Made by a program: the position numbers and the translations under genes. This document shows, piece by piece, positions 42,317 through 53,945 of a stretch of DNA of 64,000 bases. Within the stretch, counting starts at the first letter, position 1, and the number at the start of each line of letters is the position of its first letter. Source of the stretch: Gemmatimonadota bacterium (GTDB lineage Bacteria > Gemmatimonadota > Gemmatimonadetes > Gemmatimonadales > GWC2-71-9); NCBI GenBank assembly GCA_003222195.1, contig QHVB01000034.1:12974-76973 (forward strand). Reading direction: 5' to 3'. The notes below the pieces were generated by a model that worked only from the letters and a program-made list of their open reading frames with translations, was not told the origin of the DNA and did no database searches.

Positions 42317-43686
42317 ACCGCTCCCTCGGGAAACTCCTGCAACAGCTTCTTCACGTCGGCCAGGAACTTGTCGGCGTCCGCGCCGTCCACGACGCGATGA
42401 TCGTAGGACATCGTCAACATTCCCATCGTGCGGATCGCGATGGACTCGGTGCCGTCGGCGGCGGTCACGACCTTGGGGCGTTTCTCGATCGTCCCGACGC
42501 CGAGAATCGCGACCTGTGGCTGGTTGATGATGGGAATGCCGGCAAACGGGCCGAAGCCGCCCGGGTTCGTGATCGTGAACGTGCCGCGCTGGATGTCGTC
42601 GGGTAACAGCTTTTTGGTGCGCGCCCGCTCACCCAGATCGTTGATCGCGCGGGCGATCCCGATCAGCGACAACTCGTCGGCGTGCTTGATCACCGGCACA
42701 ATCAATCCCCAGTCGAGCGCGACGGCGATGCCGATGTTGACGTCCGCCCGGTAGATCGTGCTGTCGGCCGAGACTGCGGCGTTCACGATGGGATGCTTGC
42801 GCAGATTTTCGGCGCACGCTTTCGCGATGAACGCGAGGAAGGTGAGGTTCACCCCGCGCTCGGCATATGTCTGCTTGGCTTTGGCGCGCAGCTGTGCCAC
42901 ACGCGTGAAGTCGACTTCGAAGAAACTGGCGACGTGTGCCGAGACGCGCCGCGACATCACCATGTGATCGGCGGTGATCTTGCGGATCTTGGACCAGGGC
43001 TCGACGCGGTCGCCCGGCCACGGCTCGACGGCGGGATGCTCTATTGCACCGGGGCCCTGGGGCTGGGGCCTCGGGCCTGGGGCTGGAGCGGCCGGCGCGC
43101 GTTCGATGTAGCCGAGGATGTCTTGCTTCGTCACGCGGCCGGCGTAACCGCTACCCGCGATCCGCGAGATGTCCACGCTGTGCTCGGCCGCGATTTTGCG
43201 GACGAGGGGCGTCGATTTCGTGCGCAGACGCTGCTCGGCCGTCTGGACTCCGCCGTCCCCATCTCCGCTCTTCAGCGCGGGAGCCGGCGCGGGGGCGGGG
43301 GCGGGGGCTGGGGTTGGGGCGGGAGGAGGTGGACCGGGTGCCTGAGCTCTCGGTGCCGGCGCCCCCTTGGGCGGCTCGGCTCTCGGTGGCGCAGGAGCAG
43401 GAGCGGCGGCAGGAGCCGGAGCCGGTTTCGATGCGGTCGCGCCGGCGTCGGTTTCCAGAACCGCGACGAGTGTCTGCACGGGCACCGTCTGCCCTTCCTG
43501 GACCTTGATCTCTGCGAGGACGCCGGCCGTGGGCGCCGGGATCTCGGCGTCGACTTTGTCGGTCGAGATCTCGAACAGCGGCTCATCCCGCTTCACCGGG
43601 TCGCCGACCTTCTTGAGCCACTTGCTCAATGTGCCTTCGGCGATCGACTCGCCCATCTGGGGCATGAGAACGTCAACTCGGGCCAT
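42313..43686 (-). CDS. 2-oxoacid dehydrogenase E2 (dihydrolipoamide acyltransferase)
   Basis: Lipoyl domain (EISTDKVDAEIPAP), PA-rich linkers, E3/E1-binding domain (PLVRKIAAEHSVDISRIAGSG), catalytic DHRVVDGA. Confidence 0.93.
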   Translation of the reverse strand: MARVDVLMPQMGESIAEGTLSKWLKKVGDPVKRDEPLFEISTDKVDAEIPAPTAGVLAEIKVQEGQTVPVQTLVAVLETDAGATASKPAPAPAAAPAPAPPRAEPPKGAPAPRAQAPGPPPPAPTPAPAPAPAPAPALKSGDGDGGVQTAEQRLRTKSTPLVRKIAAEHSVDISRIAGSGYAGRVTKQDILGYIERAPAAPAPGPRPQPQGPGAIEHPAVEPWPGDRVEPWSKIRKITADHMVMSRRVSAHVASFFEVDFTRVAQLRAKAKQTYAERGVNLTFLAFIAKACAENLRKHPIVNAAVSADSTIYRADVNIGIAVALDWGLIVPVIKHADELSLIGIARAINDLGERARTKKLLPDDIQRGTFTITNPGGFGPFAGIPIINQPQVAILGVGTIEKRPKVVTAADGTESIAIRTMGMLTMSYDHRVVDGADADKFLADVKKLLQEFPEGAV

Positions 43687-43695
43687 AATTCCTCA

Positions 43696-44694
43696 CTAGT
43701 ATTTCGCCAACCACCGCGCGGCTTTGACGATATCGTCAGTCTGCGGCAAGACGAAGTCTTCCAGCGTCGGCGCGTAGGGCAGCGGCACGTCGTGGGCCGT
43801 GACGCGCATGATCGGCCCGTCGAGCCACTCGAACGCCTGCTCGTTGATCCGTGCGGCGATTTCGCCGGCGATCCCACCGGTGCGCGTGTCTTCATGCACG
43901 ATCAGCACCTTGTTCGTCTTCTTCACGGTCGCGACGATCGCCGCGTCATCGAGCGGCAGCAACGTGCGCAGATCGAGCACCTCGACGGACACGCCATCTT
44001 CTTTCTCGAGCTTGTCGGCCGCTTCCAGCGACTTCCAGAGCGTCGCGCCGTAACTGATGATCGAAAGATGCTTCCCTTCCCGAGCCATGCGCGCCTGCCC
44101 GATCGGCGTGAGAATCTCCTCACCCTCGGGCAGCTGTTCCTTGATGCGGCGATACAGCCATTTGTGCTCCAGGTACAGCACGGGGTCCTCATCGCGAATC
44201 GAGGACTTGATGAGCCCTTTCGCGTCGCGCGCGGTTGCGGGGTAGACGATCTTGAGACCCGGCGTGTGCAGAAAGGCCGCCTCGGGGTTCTGCGAGTGGA
44301 ATGGCCCGCCCCGCACGTACCCGCCGCACGGACCGCGCACGACCATCGGCGTCGATAGACCGGCCCGATAGCGCGCGGTCGCGACGTAGTTGGTCAGCAT
44401 GTCGTAGGCGCACGAGATGAAGTCGATGAACTGCATCTCGGCGACCGGTCGCAGTCCCATGTGCGCCGCGCCCGCCGCCGCGCCCACGATGGCCGCCTCA
44501 GAGATCGGCGTGTCGATCACGCGTGACTCGCCGAACCGCTTCGTGAAGCCTTCGGTAACCTTGAATGCTCCGCCATAGAGCCCGACATCCTCGCCGAGAA
44601 TGAAGACGCGCTCATCGCGCTCCATCTCTTCCCACAAGCCCTGGCGGAGAGCCTCGAGAAAAGTGACTTCCGGCATCAGAGACTCTTGAACCAC
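43696..44694 (-). CDS. 2-oxoacid dehydrogenase E1 beta subunit
   Basis: VFILGEDVGLYGGAFKVT, transketolase-like Pyr and C-terminal domains. Confidence 0.92.
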   Translation of the reverse strand: MVQESLMPEVTFLEALRQGLWEEMERDERVFILGEDVGLYGGAFKVTEGFTKRFGESRVIDTPISEAAIVGAAAGAAHMGLRPVAEMQFIDFISCAYDMLTNYVATARYRAGLSTPMVVRGPCGGYVRGGPFHSQNPEAAFLHTPGLKIVYPATARDAKGLIKSSIRDEDPVLYLEHKWLYRRIKEQLPEGEEILTPIGQARMAREGKHLSIISYGATLWKSLEAADKLEKEDGVSVEVLDLRTLLPLDDAAIVATVKKTNKVLIVHEDTRTGGIAGEIAARINEQAFEWLDGPIMRVTAHDVPLPYAPTLEDFVLPQTDDIVKAARWLAKY

Positions 44695-45737
44695 AGTCTG
44701 TCGGCCGAGGGCGGATCCACGTATACGCCCGGCAATGCGGTCTCGCCCTCCGGCAGCGGTTCGTTCACACAGGCATCCGTCGCTTGATCGACTTCGACGC
44801 GCACACGATCGTCGATGTCCTTCATATCAGCTTCCGAAACCAGATCCGCCGCGAGCACACGCTGCGTGTACCGATCGACGGGATCGTTCGACTTGGACCA
44901 GAGCTCGAGCACGTCCTTCGGCACGTAGTGCTGATCGTCGTGCTCGGCGTGGCCCTTGCGTCGATACGTCTTGACCTCGATGAAATGCACGCCCTTGCCG
45001 CGACGCGCGCGCTCCACGGCGAACTTCGTGGCTTCGTAGACCGCGAACACGTCGTTCCCATCGACGGTCACGGATGCGATGCCGTAGCCCTTCGCCTTCT
45101 CGGCGAGATCCTTCACGGCGAATTGTTTCTCGGGGGGGGTGGAGTACGCCCAATGGTTGTACTCACCGATAACGACGAGCGGGAGGCGCTGCACCGCGGC
45201 CAGGTTCAGGCCTTCATGAAACGTGCCGGTCGAGGTCCCGCCATCGCCGATGTACACCAGACCGACACGGAGCTCGCCGCGCAGCTTGAAGCTCAGCGCG
45301 ATGCCCGCCATCACCGGGATCATATCTCCGAGGTGCGAGATCTGCCCGAGGTAACCCTTCTCCAGGTCGTTGAAATGGACATTCAGCTCGCGGCCATGGG
45401 TCGGGCTGTCGGCCTTGGCCATGTACTGGCGGAGGATCTCGATCGGCTGGGCGCCCATCACGAGCAGCGAGCCGAGGTTGCGGATCAGGGGCGACAGGAT
45501 GTCCTTGTTCCGCCCCCGCTCCAGGGCGTAGGCCGTGGCGACCGATTCGCCCTCCTGACCGAGAGAGCGGAACAGCCCGCCGATGACCTTGGTCTGGCGA
45601 TACAGCGCGACGAGACGCTCTTCCAGCGTTCGGGTAAGCCGCAGGTAGTAGTAGATCTCGAGCAGCTGGTCGGCGGACAGCGCCGCGCCGCCGGGGGGGG
45701 GCACGGCGGCGGTGGGCCGAGTCGCAGGAAGAGCCAT
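44676..45737 (-). CDS. 2-oxoacid dehydrogenase E1 alpha subunit (TPP-dependent)
   Basis: YIGDGGTSTGTFHEGLNLAA TPP motif, YRRKGHAEHDD. Confidence 0.92.
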   Translation of the reverse strand: MALPATRPTAAVPPPGGAALSADQLLEIYYYLRLTRTLEERLVALYRQTKVIGGLFRSLGQEGESVATAYALERGRNKDILSPLIRNLGSLLVMGAQPIEILRQYMAKADSPTHGRELNVHFNDLEKGYLGQISHLGDMIPVMAGIALSFKLRGELRVGLVYIGDGGTSTGTFHEGLNLAAVQRLPLVVIGEYNHWAYSTPPEKQFAVKDLAEKAKGYGIASVTVDGNDVFAVYEATKFAVERARRGKGVHFIEVKTYRRKGHAEHDDQHYVPKDVLELWSKSNDPVDRYTQRVLAADLVSEADMKDIDDRVRVEVDQATDACVNEPLPEGETALPGVYVDPPSADRLWFKSL

Positions 45738-45768
45738 GGCCCTAAATTATAGTCGGGAGGGAAGAGCC

Positions 45769-45984
45769 ATGGCGAACATCAAGCTCCGCGTGACCGGCAT
45801 GACCTGCGGCCATTGTCAAGCCAAGGTCGAGAAAGCGTTGAAAGGGGTGAACGGCGTGTATTCCGCCGTCATCGATTTGCCGGACGGCGAAGCGGAAGTC
45901 GACTTCGACGACGACTCGGTGACCACCGACCAGCTCGTGGCCGCGATCGCGAAGGCGGGCTACGGCGCGAAGATCGCGGGCTAG
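45769..45984 (+). CDS. copZ: Heavy-metal-associated copper chaperone
   Basis: MANIKLRVTGMTCGHCQAKVEKAL. GGGAGGG lies 8 nt upstream. Confidence 0.88.
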   Translation: MANIKLRVTGMTCGHCQAKVEKALKGVNGVYSAVIDLPDGEAEVDFDDDSVTTDQLVAAIAKAGYGAKIAG

Positions 45985-46271
45985 TACGCGCCGCGCATGA
46001 TGTGCGCGGGCTCGACCAGCTTGTGCACTTCCGCTAAGAATCGCTTCGCGAGCCTATCGAGCTCGGATTCTCCGACCTGATCCGTCGCCGCTTCCACGAA
46101 CGTGTAGTGCCCACCCTCCGGCTGCGCGGTGATGGTGATGCGGCCGAGCGTGCCCTGATAGGCGCGGCGGCGCGGCGACTCCTCCGCCGGCGCGAGCCGG
46201 CCGCCAAAGAAGCTCTTCGCCACATCGAGCACCGCTTCGGGGCTCGCGCTAGTTCTGTGGAAGTAACGCAT
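45981..46271 (-). CDS. Hypothetical protein (96 aa) downstream of copA
   Basis: 23-nt overlap with the copA 3' end and 4-nt convergent overlap with the copZ stop. No family recognised. Confidence 0.45.
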   Translation of the reverse strand: MRYFHRTSASPEAVLDVAKSFFGGRLAPAEESPRRRAYQGTLGRITITAQPEGGHYTFVEAATDQVGESELDRLAKRFLAEVHKLVEPAHIMRGAY

Positions 46272-48852
46272 GACTCGCCGCTCCTGGCGTTTTGAACGCG
46301 CGCAGTGTCAGGCTGTTGAGCACCACGGAGAGACTCGACCACGCCATCGCCACGCTCGCGAGCACCGGCGACAGCAGCCATCCGGTTACGGGATACAGCA
46401 CGCCCGCCGCCACCGGAATCAGCAGCACGTTGTACCCGAACGCCCAGATCAGATTCCAGCGAATCGTCCGCATCGTGCGGCGCGCCAGCTCGATCGCCGT
46501 GAACACGGCGCGCAGGTCGCCGCGGATCAGCGTCACGTCCGACGCTTCCATGGCGATGTCGGTGCCCGTGCCGATCGCAATCCCGACGTCCGCCTGGGCG
46601 AGCGCCGGGGCGTCGTTGATCCCGTCGCCAACCATGACGATGTGGGCGCCGCCATTCTGCCGCTGCAGCTTCTTCACGAGGTCCGCCTTCTGCGACGGCA
46701 GCACTTCGGCGAGCACTTCATCGATGCCGACTTCACCGGCCACCGCCTCCGCACCCTTCCTCGAGTCGCCGGAGACCATGATCACGGGAATGCCGCGCTT
46801 CTTCAGGAGCTGGATGGCGGTCTTCGACGTCGGCTTGATCGGATCGGAGATCGCGATCACGGCGTAGACGGTGTTGTTCACCACGCAGATCACGGGCGAG
46901 CGGCCCTGCGCCGCCAGCCGGTCGGCGTCGCCGCCCAACGAGCCGAGCTCCAGACTGCGCTCGCGCGCGTGCCGCAGCGAGATGACCTCGATGATGCGGC
47001 GGTCCACGGTGCCGCGCACGCCGCGTCCCTCCATGGCCGCGAACTTCTCGACCGGCAGCAACGAGACCTGCTTGTCCTGCGCCGCTTTGAGAATCGCCAC
47101 CGCGAGCGGATGCTCGGAGCGCTGCTCGACGGACGCCGCCCATCTGAGGACGTCGGCCGGGCTGATCGGCGTGCCGTCGGGCTTTTTGGCCGTGACGATA
47201 TGCGTGACGGTCGGCTTGCCCTCGGTGATCGTGCCGGTCTTGTCGAGCAAGACCGTGCGCGCGTTGGCCAACCGCTCGAGCGCTTCCCCGCTCCGGATCA
47301 GGATCCCGTACTCCGCCGCCTTGCCGGTGCCGACCAGAATCGCCGTTGGCGTCGCGAGACCGAGCGCGCACGGACAGGCGATGATCAGCACCGTCACGAA
47401 GGCCACGGTCGCGAAGACCAGGGCACGCACCTGCGGGGCCGGTCCCAGATCGAACCAGGCAAGGAACGCGGCGATTGCCAGGGCGATCACGACCGGCACG
47501 AACACGCCCGCGACGCGATCGGCCAGTTTCTGAATCGGGGCCTTGGTGGCCTGGGCGTCTTCGACGAGCTGCACGATTTGACCGAGGGCGGTTTCTTTGC
47601 CGACCCGCGTCGCGCGAAACGTGATGCTGCCCGTCGTGTTCAGCGTCCCGCCGATGACTTCGTCGCCCGGCTTCTTTCCCACCGGCATCGGCTCGCCCGT
47701 GAGCATCGCTTCGTTCACCGCCGACCCGCCCTCGGTGACGATCCCGTCCACGGGCACCTTCTCACCGGGTTTCACGATCACCATGTCCCCGACGACGACC
47801 GCCTCGACGGGGATGTCCGTCTCCTGCCGATCGCGGATGACGTGCGCCGATTTCGCCCGCAACGCGGCGAGCCGGCGGATCGCCTCCGACGTGCGGCCCT
47901 TCGCGCGCGCCTCGAGCAGCCGGCCGAGCAACACCAGCGCGATGATGGCCGCAACGGCTTCGAAGTACACGTCGGCGGGGAGGCCCGCGCGAAGGAAGAA
48001 TGTGGGCGCGGCGGTCGCGACGAGTGAATAGAGATAGGCCGCTCCCGTCCCGACTCCAATGAGGGTGTTCATGTCGGCCGTGCGGTGCCGCAGCCCGCTC
48101 CACGTGCCCTTGTAGAACTGCTGACCCGACCAGGCGACCACGGGCAGCGTGAGACCGGCGAGTCCCCACTTGATCCAGTCGAGGTCGAGCACCCAGCCCC
48201 GTGCCGCGATCCAGTCGCGCAGCGAAACCGCCAGCGGCATCAGCAACCGCCCCAGGAGATCCACCTGCTTCATCGTACCGTTCTCGCCCATCGGGCGATC
48301 GGCCATCAGCAGCATCGAGCCGAGCATTGCGACGATCGTCACGAGCGCGGCGACGACGAACTTCCATGTGAGCGCGCGGACCTCGCGGCGGCGCGCGATC
48401 CGCTCCCGCTCGAGCGGGTCCTCCGCCGCGATCGGCTCGGCGACCTCGAATCCCGCCGCGGTGACCGCCCGCTCCAGGTCCTCGGCACCGACGACTCCTG
48501 GAACGTAGTCCACGGTCGCCGTCTCGGTCGCCTGATTGGCGACGGCGCGAATCACGCCGTTGACCTTCGAGAGCGACTGCTCGAGCGGCGCGACGCTCGG
48601 CGCGTAATGCAGATCGACGATCCCAAAGGTCACGGTGGCCTTGCCGCAGTTGTAGCCCGCCTCGCGCACCGTCTTGATGAGCTGCCCGACGTTGGTCTGC
48701 GCGGAGTCGTACTCGATGGCGGCCTTGTTCGTCGCGAAGTTGACCCCGGCCGACGTGACGCCGCTCGCACCGGCCAGCGCCTCCTGCACCGTCGCGGCGC
48801 AGCTGGCGCAGGTCATCCCCTCGATCGGCAGCACGATGCGGGTCTTACTCAT
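46249..48852 (-). CDS. copA: Copper-translocating P1B-type ATPase with two N-terminal HMA domains
   Basis: GMTCASCAA (HMA), CPC in TM6 ([13 protein letters not shown]), DKTGT, GDGIND. ATG at 48852 overlaps the upstream stop (ATGA). Confidence 0.95.
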   Translation of the reverse strand: MSKTRIVLPIEGMTCASCAATVQEALAGASGVTSAGVNFATNKAAIEYDSAQTNVGQLIKTVREAGYNCGKATVTFGIVDLHYAPSVAPLEQSLSKVNGVIRAVANQATETATVDYVPGVVGAEDLERAVTAAGFEVAEPIAAEDPLERERIARRREVRALTWKFVVAALVTIVAMLGSMLLMADRPMGENGTMKQVDLLGRLLMPLAVSLRDWIAARGWVLDLDWIKWGLAGLTLPVVAWSGQQFYKGTWSGLRHRTADMNTLIGVGTGAAYLYSLVATAAPTFFLRAGLPADVYFEAVAAIIALVLLGRLLEARAKGRTSEAIRRLAALRAKSAHVIRDRQETDIPVEAVVVGDMVIVKPGEKVPVDGIVTEGGSAVNEAMLTGEPMPVGKKPGDEVIGGTLNTTGSITFRATRVGKETALGQIVQLVEDAQATKAPIQKLADRVAGVFVPVVIALAIAAFLAWFDLGPAPQVRALVFATVAFVTVLIIACPCALGLATPTAILVGTGKAAEYGILIRSGEALERLANARTVLLDKTGTITEGKPTVTHIVTAKKPDGTPISPADVLRWAASVEQRSEHPLAVAILKAAQDKQVSLLPVEKFAAMEGRGVRGTVDRRIIEVISLRHARERSLELGSLGGDADRLAAQGRSPVICVVNNTVYAVIAISDPIKPTSKTAIQLLKKRGIPVIMVSGDSRKGAEAVAGEVGIDEVLAEVLPSQKADLVKKLQRQNGGAHIVMVGDGINDAPALAQADVGIAIGTGTDIAMEASDVTLIRGDLRAVFTAIELARRTMRTIRWNLIWAFGYNVLLIPVAAGVLYPVTGWLLSPVLASVAMAWSSLSVVLNSLTLRAFKTPGAASHALLPQN

Positions 48853-49289
48853 GGGCGGGGGGCAGCATTGTGGAATTTGTGGGGCGATGAAGCGGCGCGA
48901 CGCTCGCCGGGCGGCTCCACGACGAGCAGCCCCTTCAGCATGTTCATGCCGCAGCGAAAGGGGTATTCGCCCGGCTGCTCCGGCGTGAACTCGATCGTGG
49001 TGGTTTGAAATGGCGGGAGCTGCTGATCGATGCCGAACTTCTCGAACACGACGCGTTCGGAGCAGTCGGCCGTCTCGTCCCGGTAAAACTGCAGCCGCAC
49101 CGGCTTTCCCGACTGAACGACGATCGTGTCGGGGGTGTAGCCGCCCTTCACGGTGACGCGCACCTCCTGCACACCGCTCGCGCCGGTCGTCGCCGCCACA
49201 GCCGGGTTGCGGGAGTAGAGGAAGTACCACAGCACCCAGGCGATGGCGACCGCGCCGAGCGCCGTGACGGCGATCTGGGTGGACGTCAC
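48849..49289 (-). CDS. Membrane-anchored cupredoxin-like protein
   Basis: N-terminal TM helix. The C-terminal domain ...[12 protein letters not shown]... resembles a cupredoxin Cys/Met copper site. Typical copA companion. Confidence 0.7.
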   Translation of the reverse strand: MTSTQIAVTALGAVAIAWVLWYFLYSRNPAVAATTGASGVQEVRVTVKGGYTPDTIVVQSGKPVRLQFYRDETADCSERVVFEKFGIDQQLPPFQTTTIEFTPEQPGEYPFRCGMNMLKGLLVVEPPGERRAASSPHKFHNAAPRP

Positions 49290-49299
49290 GCGTCCGTCG

Positions 49300-51753
<2,454 letters not shown>

Positions 51754-51778
51754 TCGGGGTTATCTCCTGGAGGGTGCC

Positions 51779-53134
51779 TTACTTCTCCGCGTACTCGTAG
51801 TACTCGATGCCGAGGTGCGTGATCTGCTCCTCGCCCATCATCCAGCGCAGCGTGTTCTTGAGCTTCGTCTGCTGAATGAACAGGTCATGCTCGGCGTAGA
51901 GGCCCTGGGCGAACTGCGGGCTCTTAAAGTAGAAGGAGAGCCACTCCTGAATGCCCGACAGTCCCGCGCGGCCGGCGAGATCGAAGAACAGCGCGAGGTC
52001 GAGCACGATCGGCGCGGCGAGGATCGAGTCGCGGCACAGGAAATCGACCTTGATCTGCATCGGATAGCCGAGCCATCCGAAGATGTCGATGTTGTCCCAC
52101 CCTTCCTTATTATCGCCCCGGGGTGGGTAGTAGTTGATCCGGACCTTGTGATAGACTTTGCCATAGAGCTCCGGATACAAGTCGGGCTGGAGGATGTGCT
52201 CGAGCAGGCCGAGCTTCGACTCCTCCTTCGTCTTGAACGACTCGGGGTCGTCCAGCACTTCACCGTCGCGGTTACCGAGGATGTTGGTGGAATACCAACC
52301 TGACAGGCCCAGCATGCGCGCCTTGAAGGCCGGCGCGAGCACGCTCTTCATCATCGTCTGGCCGGTCTTGAAGTCCTTGCCGCCGATCGGCACATGGCGC
52401 TCGTCGGCCAGCCGCTCCATTACCGGCAAGTCGACCGTGAGGTTGGGCGCGCCGTTCGCGAAGGGCACGTTCTCCATCAGCGCGGCGTATGCGTAGAGCA
52501 TTGACGGCGCGATCGACTGATCGTTCTGCTCCATCGCCTTCTCGAATGCCGCGAGCGATTGATGGGCGGGACCAGGCGTTAGGAACACCTCGGTCGACGC
52601 GCACCACACCACGACCAGGCGATCCAGCTTTGCGCTCTGCTTGAAGTTGCGCATGTCCTCGCGCAGCTGCTCGGCCAGCTCCCGCTTGGTCTTCCCGCGC
52701 TTGACGTTCGTACCCTGCAGGCGCTTCACGTAGTACTGATCGAAGACGGCAGGCATCGGCTTGATACTCTGGAGGAACGGCTTGATCGGCTCGAGGTGCT
52801 CGTGCTGGTCGAGCACGCCGGCCTTCACGGCGGCGGTGTAGGCGTCGTCGGGAATGGGATCCCACGCCGCGAAGACAAGATCGTTGAGGTCCGCGAGCGG
52901 GACGAACTCCTTGATCTTCGGCACTCGCTTCTCGGTGCGCTTGCCGAGGCGGATCGTCGCCATCTGACTGAGCGAGCCGATCGGCAGCGCGCGCCCGCGG
53001 CGCACATTTTCGACCCCGGCGATGAACGTTGTGGACACGGCGCCGAGGCCCACCAGCATCACGCCCAATTTTCCCGTCGCGGGCGCGATCTCGCGCGCGC
53101 CGCCCGTCAAAACCGCTTGATCCCGTCCCATCAA
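51779..53134 (-). CDS. ino1: myo-Inositol-1-phosphate (inositol-3-phosphate) synthase
   Basis: GVMLVGLGAVSTT Rossmann motif, WYSTNILGNRDG (cf. SYNHLGNNDG), CRDSILAAPIVLDL (cf. CEDSLLAAPIILDL). Confidence 0.85.
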   Translation of the reverse strand: MMGRDQAVLTGGAREIAPATGKLGVMLVGLGAVSTTFIAGVENVRRGRALPIGSLSQMATIRLGKRTEKRVPKIKEFVPLADLNDLVFAAWDPIPDDAYTAAVKAGVLDQHEHLEPIKPFLQSIKPMPAVFDQYYVKRLQGTNVKRGKTKRELAEQLREDMRNFKQSAKLDRLVVVWCASTEVFLTPGPAHQSLAAFEKAMEQNDQSIAPSMLYAYAALMENVPFANGAPNLTVDLPVMERLADERHVPIGGKDFKTGQTMMKSVLAPAFKARMLGLSGWYSTNILGNRDGEVLDDPESFKTKEESKLGLLEHILQPDLYPELYGKVYHKVRINYYPPRGDNKEGWDNIDIFGWLGYPMQIKVDFLCRDSILAAPIVLDLALFFDLAGRAGLSGIQEWLSFYFKSPQFAQGLYAEHDLFIQQTKLKNTLRWMMGEEQITHLGIEYYEYAEK

Positions 53135-53829
53135 TGTCCTTTGCGGCGTGCGGCCGCCATTCCAGGCAACGTCTCACGTTTAGGAACCGGCGAAGGTGGC
53201 GGCGCGCCCCGCGCCACCTGCGCGACATGCACCACCCGTTGGATCACCGTGATCGCGGAGACGAGCGCGAGCACCACCACAATCCAGAATAGCACGACGC
53301 CGGGGCGCCCCGGCCCCGCGCCCAATGCCAGCGCAGGCACTCCGAGCAACAGAATGCGCTCGGCGCGCGGCGCGATGCCGACCTTGTTTTCGACGCCGAG
53401 CGCTTCGGCCCGCGCCCGCGTGTACGATACCAATAACGATGCGACGAGCGCGACCAGCCCGGCCGCGATGGCCCGCGGCTTCATGTCGGCCGGCAACGGG
53501 CCGGTCAAAAAATAGAAGATCAGCCCCGCAAACACCGCCCCCTCGCCCACGCGGTCGAGCGTCGAATCGTAAAACGCGCCGAACGCCGTCATTTTGCCGC
53601 CCTGGCGCGCGACCTGCCCGTCGAGAAGGTCGAATATCCCACTAATCAGCAGCAGCAATCCGCCGAGCCGGATGGCGCCGGTGCCAAACGCCACTCCCGA
53701 GCCGATTACGACTAGTGTGCCGACGGTGGTAATCGCATTCGGATCCACACCGGCCCTGATGAGAAGACGCGCCAGCGGGCCGATCAGCTCGACGAAGCCG
53801 TCCTTGACGCGCTGGGGAATGACGTTCAT
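53131..53829 (-). CDS. CDP-alcohol phosphatidyltransferase (phosphatidylinositol-phosphate synthase-like)
   Basis: DLLDGQVAR...GAFYDSTLDRVGE is the D-x2-DG-x2-AR...G-x3-D-x3-D motif. 4-nt overlap with ino1. Confidence 0.8.
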   Translation of the reverse strand: MNVIPQRVKDGFVELIGPLARLLIRAGVDPNAITTVGTLVVIGSGVAFGTGAIRLGGLLLLISGIFDLLDGQVARQGGKMTAFGAFYDSTLDRVGEGAVFAGLIFYFLTGPLPADMKPRAIAAGLVALVASLLVSYTRARAEALGVENKVGIAPRAERILLLGVPALALGAGPGRPGVVLFWIVVVLALVSAITVIQRVVHVAQVARGAPPPSPVPKRETLPGMAAARRKGH

Positions 53830-53945
53830 GCCGGGGGGAAGCTAATCGCCGGAGGCAATGACGGTAGGGCCAAAACTCCTAGTGGACCAAAGGGTTGGCT
53901 CGTACCTTTGGTCAGCCGTCATGAACGCTTCACCAGGAGCCTGCC

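Noticed and set aside
42682-44358. 558-aa plus-strand ORF opposite E2/E1beta
   Set aside because: Antisense shadow ORF. No motifs.
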